Shown piece by piece: positions 38,326-49,641 of a stretch of DNA of 64,000 nt. Within the stretch, counting starts at the first letter, position 1. Every line of letters starts with the position of its first letter. The notes below the pieces were generated by a model. That model was not told the DNA's origin. It searched no databases and saw only the letters and a program-made list of their open reading frames with translations. This DNA is from Eledone cirrhosa. Taxonomy: Eukaryota. The position numbers were made by a program, and so were the translations under genes. The DNA lies in assembly GCA_964016885.1 (NCBI GenBank), contig OZ024742.1, positions 156,674,001 through 156,738,000 on the forward strand. Direction: 5' to 3'.

Positions 38326-38723
38326 TGTGAATATATATCTATATCCAACCACATTTATATTAAATTTTCCTTGATTCCAGTGTCGGGCTAGATCGATACA
38401 GATCGAAACTTCTGCTGACCAATAGCGAAACGCACGTCACCAATCAATAAACGTAATGAAGTCTTAACAAATCGACCTTGTATTATTATCATTATTATTA
38501 TTATTATTGAATGCCATGGTTGACGGAGGCTCGGCTCTGTAAGGTATAGTAATTTTTAACCGTTAAAACAATTGTAAATTGTTTAAAACTTGAACCAAAT
38601 TGTTGATAAAGACACCCTCCTCCTCGTGAGAGGGGTCTTTCTGTCCGTTATTTGGCCCTTCGGGGTTAAATAACCAGTTATTGGGGTTTTGTACCCAAAA
38701 TTTCATTTTAAACAAAAAACAAC

Positions 38724-40820
38724 ATGGCTACGAAAAAGAAATTTCATACGTCACTCCCACTCATTCCGTCTTCTCCTTCCTCAATCATCACTACAGCAGA
38801 GAGAAGATTGTCTCTCTCCCTCCCTTCTTTAAATGTGTCTCTCTCCCTCCCTTCTCTTTCGCAAGTGACGAAAGAAAAGAAAAGTCTCGTGCAAAGCGTG
38901 CAAGGTTTCTCCACGACGACGACGACAGCGACGAAACAGGTGTGCGGGAAATACGAAAACCCAGTTCATTCGTCTGACGTCAGGAATAATAGCAGTAGCA
39001 GCCGTAATAACAACAGCAACAGTGACAATGAAAACAACAGTAGCAGCCGCAACAGCATCACCAGCAGCATAAACAACAACAGCATTAGCAGCAGCAACAC
39101 CAACAACAACCACAGCAACAGCGGCGGAGGTAGTAGTCGTAGTACCTGCAGCAACAACAAAAGTACCAGCAGCTCTGACGACAACAACAACAGCAGAGAA
39201 AAACCAATCTCATTTGCAGGTATTGCGAAAAACTTGGAAACAATCCTCATAACAAATGAGGAATTAGAGGAAGCGAAGAAGATGGTGACAAAGAACGGAC
39301 ACTGAGCAATCTGCAAGGCGGCGGAAAAATTTTTCGAAACCCAAGAGCACTGTACGGTCACGTACCGTACAGTAAGTACAAAATCCCGTAGGCTGGAAAG
39401 AGCCACAGAGGCCCAAATACAAAAAGCCTTGGGGTCTGTGTGGCAGCGGAAAACGCACATCACCCGAGGCAAAAAATATGCCACCGTAGACGTACTTTTT
39501 GCCACACCCCAGGAGGCAAAGGCCCAATCAGTAGTGACCCTAAGGAGCGAGGAAATGGTGTTGGTGCCCTCCTACTGTGGGCAAAAAATGGTGAGGGTCA
39601 AACTGACCCACGTCCCCCCCGGAATGACCCCTTCTTGGCTGGCCGCGTCTGTCCTCGTCGGAATCGAGGACAAAACAACTGTACTGCAAGTACATAAAAA
39701 AGTAAGAGAAGATTGGGTCGGCTCCTCCATTGAGATGCTAATCCAAACCAACCAGGAGTGCATCGAAGCTATCCCGGATGTGATAGACTTCGATAACGGC
39801 ACTCAACTGCCCATAAGTGTTGAGGGCAAACGCCCGAAATGCTTTCGCTGTGGATCGAAGACTCACCTCAGGGCCTTCTGCAACGAGAAGACCCTGAGAA
39901 AGGAGAAAACCCCCCTCCTTCCGAATCCGGCTCCACGGCTACCAGCAACAGGACAAGCGGCAACCAGGAACGATAGGCCCGTGGCACCCATACCCACTCC
40001 ACGGAAATCAAAAACAGCAGCAGCAGTGGAAATACTAACAACAACAACAGCAATACCAAATGCAGCTGCAACAGAGACTCCAGTGCAAACATCACCAACA
40101 ACAACAAGTGAAAGAGTGGAGCTGGTACCCCTCCCCGACCTCACAGAATCAGACATGGAGTGTGAGGTGGGAGAGAGATGGCAAAATGTCGTAAGAAGGC
40201 ACAAACGCAGAAGCAGCGCATCGTCGCCTTTGAAAAGGGAGGAAAGAAATGAGAAAAGGGTAAAGTCTACTGCAAAGAGACCCACAGCAGCAGCAACACC
40301 AACACCATCACCACCCACACTAGCACCACCATCACCACCGGCGACAACCCCACCGCCAACAACACCTTCAACACCACCACCACAAGCACCAACATCGCAA
40401 ACACAACAACAAAACACACACACCCAGCAACAACGACAAGAAAATAGCAGAACCACACCCCACCCCCAGAAAAACAAATGCACGGCAATAAATACACACA
40501 ACAAGAAACTAATGACTTACATAATTGAACACACAGACATTTCACAACAGGACTACATAATACCAGCACCAATCAAAACGCCAACTAACATAAGACTGCT
40601 AAAAATAGCACAGAAACAATACACAAATAGTAAAACGAAATTCCCCAACGCAGTTGGTGATTTCAGGGACCTAGGAGGAACCATCAATCGAAGAGTATAC
40701 TCAGACATTCTCTTAGAAGAGCCGACGACCAGCCGAAGGGACGATTCAACGGTCCCTTCACCAGACGATCAAGTGAAAAGGGATGTAAAAACCATCCCTC
40801 CTCTACCAAAAGTACGGTAA
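38724..40820 (+). CDS. LINE ORF1 (gag-like, CCHC zinc knuckle), interrupted by one in-frame TGA at 39303-39305
   Basis: ORFs 38724-39305 and 39429-40820 share a frame with open sequence between them; knuckle CFRCGSKTHLRAFC; S/N-rich and P/T-rich low-complexity tracts. Confidence 0.85.
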
Positions 40821-40855
40821 GTGGTCTTTCCCATCTTTTCCACTCTATTTTAAAC

Positions 40856-43800
40856 ATGACCTCACTCAGAATAGGCAGCATAAATGCGCGTGGCTTGGGG
40901 TCGTCATGGAAGCAGGGTCACCTGCTCAACGACCTCAGGTCACTAAACATAGATGTAGTAGCCATCAGCGAGACCAGAATCTCCGAAGCACGGGCCTTCG
41001 CACCGATCTTCGGCGGCTACGATGTGTACGCATCTCCCAGCCGTCCTGGATCCGGTGGAGGAGTTGCTGTGCTTTTTCGGAGAGGTTTGGATCTTGCCAT
41101 ACGGGCCATCTTCCTGGACCCAGATGGTAAGCTGGTGGTGCTGGACGTGACCAGCGGAGACGGGCAAGCTTTCAGGCTAGTGGCCGTCTATGCCCCGACA
41201 GGAGCAGGGTGGCCTGATTTCTTCCGGCGTCTGGAGACCTTTCTTGGAACGTCCCGCTCTTTAGTGTTAGTGGGCGACTGGAACGGGATCTTAGATGCAC
41301 GCTGGGACTGTGTGGGATTAGCGGATAGGGGTGGAGGGTGCAAGAGCCTCACCAACCTGCTCAGGCGTTTTGAACTGTCTGACAGGTACCGATTGGATTT
41401 CCCGAATGTGCCAATGTGGACTTGGACAAACCGCATAGGGTCATCCAGATCATATCTAGATAGAGTATTTTGTAGGGAAATAGATAGGTCTAGCATAGGC
41501 TGTCCACAATTCAAGATAGTCAGCTACACGGACCACAAATTCGTGATCTGTGTGCTTGACTTAGATAGGCTTCATAGACGAGGACCCGGCTACTGGAAGC
41601 TAAACGCGTCCTTACCAGCGCGCAAGGCCTACAGAGACCGGATTATCGAACTAGTTAAGCGGGCGTTGACGGGGGCCATCGTCAACAACAAGTGGTGGTT
41701 TGCTCTGAAAAGAGCGATTAGAATAGAATCGATTAGGTTTAGTAAGGCTTTAGCAATAGAGAAAAATAGAGCAGAGGGAGAACTAGTTAGAAAATTAGAC
41801 GAGGCGCTTGGCAAAGGCATTGCAACCGACGTGCTTGCGGCGAAATTGGCCCTTGACCAATTCTTCAATGCAAAGCACGAAGGCTGCGTTGTCAGAGCAA
41901 GGGTGCGTGCTCTCAGACACGAGGGGACGAAAGCCGTTCAATGGGCCCGAGTGGCGGAGGCGCGTCGTGGCAACAAAGCCACGATCCGGTCTTTGGTGGA
42001 CCACGACGGGCGCATGCTACTCGATCCCGGGCAAATGTGTGAAGCTTTTCAGCGACACTTCGCTCAGCTGTTCGGGGGCAGCGGTGGGCCGGGTAGAGGG
42101 ATGGACTTTAGTGTCTACCTCAACGGACTGCCGCGGCTCTCGGCCACTGAGGCGAAGTGTTGCGAAAAGCCGATAACAGCCGCTGAAGTAAGGGAGGCAA
42201 TGACTGGCTGCACAAGGGTTAAATCGCCTGGTTTGGATGGTCTGCCCTATGAACTTTACGTACAGATGCCAGACTTGTTCGGAGGCCTCTTGGCGGACGT
42301 CTACTGCAACTGGCAACAGAACGGGAGAATTCCCAGTTCTGTGAGCCGAGGAGCGGTGGCACTGCTGAGAAAGGATCCGAACAAGGGGGATAACATAGAC
42401 AATTTCCGGCCCATAACTCTGCTAAACACAGAGTTTAAGATTTTGGCCAAGGTGCTAGCAAAAAGGTTGGCGCTTGTCGTTGGTGGTCTGGTGGGAGAGG
42501 CGCAGACATGCGCCATTCCCGACAGATCCATCCACGACAACCTCCACCTCATGCGATACATCGTAGAGAGGGTAGCTAGGGAACCTGGCACGGGTGGGTC
42601 CTTGATCAATTTAGATCAGTCGAAAGCTTTCGATAGGGTCGACCATCGTTACCTAGCGGCAGTCCTGAGTGCGGCTGGCTTTGGGCCCGTCTTCAGAGGC
42701 TGGATCGCTGCCATGCACAGCGACATCTGCTCTGTGGTGAGAGTGAACGGTCACCTGTCGGAACCGTTCAACATCATGCGCTTGGTCCGCCAAGGATGTC
42801 CCCTCTCGTCCCTCTTGTACGTATTGACTCTCGAGCCATTACTGCACAAACTGGAGACGTTGAGGGGAGTCCCGCGCGAACTAGGATGCGGAAGATCCGT
42901 GTCAGCATATGCGGACGATGTCACCGTAGTGGTGTCGAACGCCAAACACATCGAGGCGATCGGCACTACACTAAGAGAATACGAAGCGGTGACAGGAGCA
43001 ATGATCAACCAGGAAAAGTCAGTGGGCCTGCAGCTCGGCACCTGGAGAGGCAGGTCCATGCCGTCCAACAGCGTCGTCGGGCGCTGGACGGACGGACCGG
43101 TTAAATTGCTAGGGGTCTGGTTCGGTCCGGACCTCCAGACGGACAAAAACTGGGACGAGGTGACGAGCAGGGTGGCTTCTCTCACCCAGAAATGGGCCGA
43201 GAGGAAGCTATCCCTGAAAGGTCGAGCGGAGGTGGCTAACGCGTACATCGCGTCTGTCATCTGCTACCGCCTAACCGTCGTACCTTGTCCTAAGCCTCGC
43301 CTGACTGCGCTGGAGCGTTTGCTCTTTCGCTTTTTGTGGAAGGGACGTGCTCCGATGGTCAGGCGGTCCATCTGTTGTCAACACCCGCTACGTGGAGGGC
43401 TGGGCATGCCGTGGCTGATGATGCGCAGGCACGCGCTCAGGCTACGACATCTCCACCTCTTCCTCGACGGTGATCAGGTGTGGTCGCCGTTTGCTAGACG
43501 CGTTTTTCCCCAGCTCGTTTCCTTGACGGAGCTGCAGTCCTGGGTCAAGCGAAGACCGAGAGGGAGCGCCTGGAGACTGGAATGTCTTCAGGCGCTCACA
43601 GCCCTCGACCAATCGGGCAATGTGATCGGTGGAAACTCCACCTCGGCGTTCTATAGAGGATTAGTGGAGGGGAAGAGCGACAACGTACTTGGGGAAACTC
43701 TAGGCGTCGACGAAAATCAACTAGCCAATCTGTTCGGAAGAACTTTCGGGCCAGGGCCTATGGACAACTTCCAGAAATCTCTGGCCTGGCAGTGCTACCG

Positions 43801-44276
43801 AGGAGCCTTGCCAGTTCGGGATAAACTCTACAGGCATGGAGGTGCCGTCAGCCGGGCATGTCCGAGATGCGCGCAGGGCGACGAAACCGTCCTGCACGCA
43901 CTCGTCCAGTGTCCGAAAATTGCTGACTTGTGGGTTTATGTCGAACACCTGCTGTCGCGTTTAGGACGGATCCAGCTATCATCTGAGTCTATCGTGAGGA
44001 TTGCCCCGCCCTCCTCCTTTAGCCGGGAAGGGCAGGCAGTTTTTATCTGTCTGGTGGCCATGGCGAAAGAGATAGTATGGTGGACACGTTTGAAAGGGCT
44101 GAAGACGAGCACTTACCTCTTCGGTGATGCTCTGATTGACTTTTTCAAATTTTCATTTGAAAAGGAAAATCAGAGTAGAGAAGGAAGTGCTCTCTTCCCA
44201 GCATTTTGTTGAAAGATGGGTGAGAGAAGCAAGAATGGCCCGAGTGAATGGGCCGACTCTGAGTATATATCTGTAA
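40856..44276 (+). CDS. LINE ORF2: APE endonuclease, RT and C-terminal zinc finger; +1 frameshift near 44150
   Basis: GSINARGL, ISET, GDWN, SYLDRV, YTDH; KSPGLDG, FRPITLLN, LDQSKAFDRV, RQGCPLS, YADD; CPRC..ETVLHALVQC. The C-terminus continues in the shifted frame to TAA at 44274-44276, matching the other two copies. Confidence 0.95.
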
Positions 44277-44568
44277 ACTAAAGGTGGAAAACTGGGAGAG
44301 GGCACTTGCCTTGGTGGTCAGGGTCATTGTGGCTTTTTACTGGGCTTTCTCCACAAATGTCCCTCCGAAGTCTCCCCCCTATTGGGGAATTTTTCATTGT
44401 TATTTTCATTGTTATTTTTGTTACATCCTCTGTTTTTGTTTTTTTACACGCAGAAATGCCCATTTGTACCGTCCTGCATTGTCCTGCACTGTCCTTAATG
44501 TCTACTTTATGTAAACCCTTGTGGTTAATAAAGAAATCATTATTATTATTATTATCGGTATTATTACT

Positions 44569-44740
44569 AGTATCGGTAGAGGGTCGGACGCCATGCTTTC
44601 TAGCATAGTTACGTCCCTTTACATTCTGAGTTCAAATCCCGCCGAAGTTAACTTTGCCTTTCATCCTTACGGGGTCGATAAAATAAACTACCAGTACTGT
44701 CGTAGGTAATTGCTGGCCTTGTGCCAAATGTAAAAACAAT
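44569..44740 (+). mobile_element. SINE copy between two LINEs
   Basis: 5'-clipped SINE; ATTATTATTATCGGT occurs on both sides. Confidence 0.88.
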
Positions 44741-44755
44741 TATCATTATTATTAT

Positions 44756-47700
44756 CGGTCTGTTCGAACGCTTTTTGCTCACTCCCAGTAAGTCTATTTA
44801 TTTTCCTGTCATGAATATTTGTTGTTAAATATTTCTTGTTGTCTAAGGGATATAATACCTTAGACTTTTCCCTGTGAAGGGGACAGTAAAATATGTGGGC
44901 CCTTTGGCCCAAATATTTGAACATTTTACATTTAAAAAAAAAAGCGTTTAAACAAAAAAAAACATGGCTGAGCCACGCCCCTCCCAGCAATATGTCTGCT
45001 GTCGTCTGACAACGGTGTAAAAGTTTAGAGGAGGGTTACAAACAGTGTTACAACAGACACCACCACAAACAACGTGAACAAAGATAACACTGAGAACACT
45101 AATTTCGAAAAAATTACCACAACAACTACAACAATAACAGCGTCAACCAAAATAGATAACAGAAAAAAATGACAACAAATGCAACAACGATATTAACACC
45201 ACTAACAAGAAAATAAACAATGTCAACACCAACGTTGGCACAACAAACACAACCAACTACAACAGTGATAACAGTAACGACACCAACAACACCGTTTGTA
45301 GCAGTAGCAACATCAACAACACCAATAACAAGACCAGTATCGGCAACAATAATGGTTTCAGGCTAGTAGGCGTCTACGCCCCAACGGGGTAGGACGGCCA
45401 GATTTCTTCAGATGTCTAGAGACCTTTTTTGGAACGTCCCGCTCTTTAGTGTCAGTGGTCGACTGGAATGGTATCTTAGATGCACGCTGGGATTATGTGG
45501 GGCTAGTAGACAGGGCAGGAGTGTGTAAAAGCCTCAACAACCTTCTCAGACGTTTTGAACTGTCTGACAGGTTTATACTGGATTATCCGAATGTGCCAAT
45601 GTAGACATGGGTAAACCGCAGAGGGTCATCCAGATCGTATTTAGATAGGGTATTCTGTAGGGAAACAGATAAGGCAAGAGTAGGTTGTCCACAATTTAAG
45701 GTAGTCGACTATATGGACCACAACTTTGTGATCTGTGAAGTTGACTTAGATAGACTCCATAGCTAATGGAAGCTGAACGTGTCGTTCCCGGCGCAAAAAG
45801 CATACTGAGACCGGATTTGTGAAATTAGTTAACCATGTGTTGACGGGTGCGATCGTCAACAACAGGTGGTGGTTTACCCTGAAAAGGTTTAGCAAAGGAG
45901 TAGTGGTAGAAGAAATTAGAGTAGAGGGAGAGTTAGTTAGAAAGCAAGCAGAGGCGTTTAGGACAGGTATCGCAAGCGACGTGCTTGCGGCGAGATTGGC
46001 ACTCGACCAATATTTCAACGCAAAGCAAGAAGTCTGCGTTGACAGATACAATGCGTGCTCAACGACACGAGGGGACGAGAGCCGTTCAATGGGTCGGGGT
46101 AGTGGAGGTGCGACGTGGCAACAAGTCCACAATTCGGTGTTTGCCCGATCAAAACGGGCGCATGTTGCTCGAACCCGAGCAGATATGTGCGGCTTTTCAA
46201 CAGCACTTTGCTTAATTTTTCGGGAGCGCCGGTGGGCCGGATCCGTATATGGACTTCGCCGCATACCTCAACGAATAGCCGCGGCTCTTGACGACCGCAG
46301 CGCTGTACTGCGAAAAGCCGATAACAGCAGGTCAATTACGGGGCGCGATGTTCGACTGCACGAGGGGTAAATCGCCAGGTTTGGATTGTCTGCCCTACAA
46401 GATGTATGCGTATATGTTAGACTTGTTCGGCGACCTCTTGGCAGATGTCTACTGCAACTGGCAGCAGAACGGGAGCATTTCCAGTATTGTGTGTCGGGGA
46501 GTGGTGGCGATGCTGAGATAAGAACCGAACAAGGGGGACGTTATAGATATCTTCAGACCCATAACTCTGCTAAACGCAGAGTTTAAGATTTTGGCCAAGG
46601 TGTTAGCAAAGAGATTGTCGTTGATATGGTGGGAGAGGCGCCATCAAGAACAGATCCATACACGACAACCTACATCTCATGCGAAAAGGTGGTTAAGGAA
46701 TCTGGCACGGGTGGGCCCCTGATCAACGCATCAGTACCTGGCTGCGGCCCTCGAGGCGGCCGGCTTCGGGCCCGTTTTTAGGGGCTGGATTGCTGCAATG
46801 CATAATGACATCTGCTTGATTGTGAGGGCGAATGGTCACCTGTGGCAGCTTTTCAGCCTCATGCGCTCAATCCGCCAAGCTTACCCCCTCTCGTCCCTCT
46901 TGTACGCACTGGCCCTAGAGCCGTTACTACACAAATTGGGGACGATGAGGCGGGTCCCACCCGAACTCGGATGCGGGAGATCCGTGTCATCTTACGCCGG
47001 CGACGTCACCTTGGTGGTGTCGAGCACCAAACACGTCCAGATGCTCGGCACCCCACTCAAGGAATACGAAGCGGTGACAGGAGCAAATATAAACCAGGAA
47101 AGGTCGGTGGGCTTGCAACTCGCACATGACGTCCGACAGCAGCTTGGGCGCTGGACGGAAGGACATGCTCGGGTCTGGTTCGGTCCGGACCTCCAGATGG
47201 AGAAAAACTGGAGCGAGGTAACGAACTGGGTGGCTTTTCTCACCCAGAAATGGGCCGAGAGGAGGCTGTCGCTGAAAGGTCGGGCGGAGGTGGTGAATGC
47301 GTTCATAGCGTCCGTCACCTGCTACCGCCTGCCAATCGTATCTGAACCCGCCCAACTCTGACCCAAATCGAGCGCTTTCTCTTCCGCTTTTTGTGGAAGG
47401 GACGTTGTCCCATGGTCAGACGATCCATTTGCTGTCAACACCCGTTGCGTGGAGGACTAGGCATGGCGTGCCTGATGGTGCGCAAACATGCGTTGAGGCT
47501 GTGACATCTCTGGTGCTTCTTTGATGGTAAACAGGTGTGGTTGCCGTTTGACAGACGTGCTTTCGCTCAGCTCGTCTCCTTGACGGAGCTGCTGTCCTGG
47601 ATCAGGAAAAGACCGAGGGATAGCGCTTGGAAGATGGAATGTCTCCAAGCCCTCACTGCCCTTTACCAACTGGCCATTAGTATCGGCGGAATATCCACCT

Positions 47701-48542
47701 CGGCGTTCTATAGAGAGCTAGTGGAGGAAAAGTGCGACGACGTTGTCGGGGAGACCCTGGGCGTCGAAGACGATCAGCTGTTCGCTCTCTTCAAGAGAAC
47801 TTTCAGACCGGGGCCTATGGACAACTTCCCAAAATCCCTGACCTGGCAGTGCTACCGGGGAGCGTTGCCGGCACGGAGGTGCTGTGAACCGAGCCTGTCC
47901 GAGATGGGTGCAGGGCGACGAAACCGTTGTGCACGCACTCGTTCTGTGCCCGAGGATTGATGACTTGTGGATCTATGTCGAACAGCTGCTGTCGTGTGTT
48001 AGACGGATCCGGTTATCGACTGAGTCCATTGAGCAGATAGCCCGGCCATCCTACTTTAAAGAGGATGATGAGCAGGCAGTTATTATCTGCGAGGTAGCCA
48101 TGGGAAAGGAGATTGTGTGTTGGACAAGGTTGAAAGGGTTGAAGACGGACACTTTCCCCTTCGGCCAAACACTCATTAACTTTTTCAAGTTTCCCTTGAA
48201 GAGGAAAATCAGGGTGGAGATGCAAGTGATGTTTTCTAGTAAGTTTGTTGAAAGGTGGGTGAAAGTGGCGAGTCTGGTCCGAGTGAACGGGCCCGCTCTG
48301 AGTATGCGCCTGTAGACTGAGGAGCGGGAAAAAATAAGAGAGGGCGCTTGCCCTGGTGTTTAGGATGGCCGTGGACTTTTTGTATGGTTTTCGCTACGAG
48401 TGAGCCTCGGAGGTTCACCCATTTTTGGGGATTTTTTTTGTTTGGATTTTATTGTTATAAAATGTTTACACGACCATCCTGTACTGTTATGTGCAGTCTC
48501 TAATATTTTTCTTCATGTTAGCCCTTTTGACCAATAAAGAAA
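44756..48542 (+). mobile_element. Decayed L1/Tx1 copy with a large internal deletion
   Basis: 5' UTR and ORF1 start (AAACAAAAAAAAACATGGCT, ~44964) joined at ~45355 to the endonuclease region equivalent to 41171. Many stops and frameshifts; YAGD in place of YADD; CATTATTATT at both flanks. Confidence 0.92.
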
Positions 48543-48560
48543 CCATTATTATTTGTATTA

Positions 48561-48750
48561 TGGTGGTGGATTGGCAGTATCGGTAGAGGGTCGGACGCCA
48601 TGCTTTGCAGCATAGTTACGTCCCTTTACGGACTGAGTTCAAATCCCGCCGAGGTTAACTTTGCCTTTCATCCTTACGGGGTAGATAAAATAAAGTACCA
48701 GTAATACGCTGGGATAATTGCTGGCCTTGTGCTAAAAAGTAGAAACAATT
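48561..48750 (+). mobile_element. SINE copy with (ATT)n tail
   Basis: Full length and near consensus. Confidence 0.92.
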
Positions 48751-48801
48751 ATTATTATTATTATTATTACTACTACTATTATTATTATTATTATTATTAA
48801 T

Positions 48802-48844
<43 letters not shown>

Positions 48845-48845
<1 letters not shown>

Positions 48846-49032
48846 ACGAAGTTTTGTTGTAAGGAACCAGATAGACCATAACGCACCAAAGTATTCAATA
48901 CTTAGGGTAGTAGAGTGGGGAATAGGAACAAGTATGATTTCGACGGCAGAGCTCAAGCCATTTCGACGGCTATTTCTGTACTAAATAAGAATTCTTATTT
49001 AGTCCAGAAATAGCCATCGAAACGGCTTGAGC

Positions 49033-49037
<5 letters not shown>
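48845..49037. mobile_element. Fold-back pseudo-LTR fragment (family of 35325-35518)
   Basis: Homologous sequence; hairpin centred at AAGAATTCTT (~48991); (TA)n on both sides. Confidence 0.75.
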
Positions 49038-49087
<50 letters not shown>

Positions 49088-49430
49088 TAATAAAAGGAAT
49101 TCCAACTTTGATTTCTCGTTTTATTTACAATCCTTTAAAATGTATAATGGTATCAGAATGAAATAGTATGGTAGAATATTAAATATTAAGTGTTAATTGA
49201 ACAGGTACTTTCATGCTTTCGCAATCTTCAGGTTCATATTCTGTGGTGACAGTAAGTTTGCAATTTTCAACTGACAGATGTTCAATTAACACTTAACATT
49301 TAATATTCTACCATACTACTTCATTCTATTACCATTATAAATGTTAAAGGATTGTAAATAAAACGAGTAAATCACACAAAGTTGGAATTCGTTTCATTGA
49401 TATAATCTTCTATACACAATCATACACACC
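49088..49430. mobile_element. Head-to-head pseudo-LTR with a minimal hammerhead (49199-49235, minus)
   Basis: 49088-49203 is the reverse complement of 49279-49400; family of 55090-55315. Confidence 0.75.
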
Positions 49431-49492
49431 CTTGTATATTTATCTATATATATATATATATATATATATATCTATCTATATATCTATATATC

Positions 49493-49613
<121 letters not shown>

Positions 49614-49641
49614 TATATAGATAGATAGATATATAGATATA

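Larger units (their letters stand above)
38509..44535 (+). mobile_element. Full-length L1/Tx1-clade non-LTR retrotransposon
   Basis: 5' UTR, ORF1, ORF2, 3' UTR with AATAAA; 20-bp TSD ATCATTATTATTATTATTAT (38488-38507 / 44536-44555). Confidence 0.95.

Noticed and set aside
39303-39305. In-frame TGA in ORF1 read as selenocysteine or programmed readthrough
   Set aside because: No SECIS-like element or second copy supports it; a nonsense mutation is simpler.
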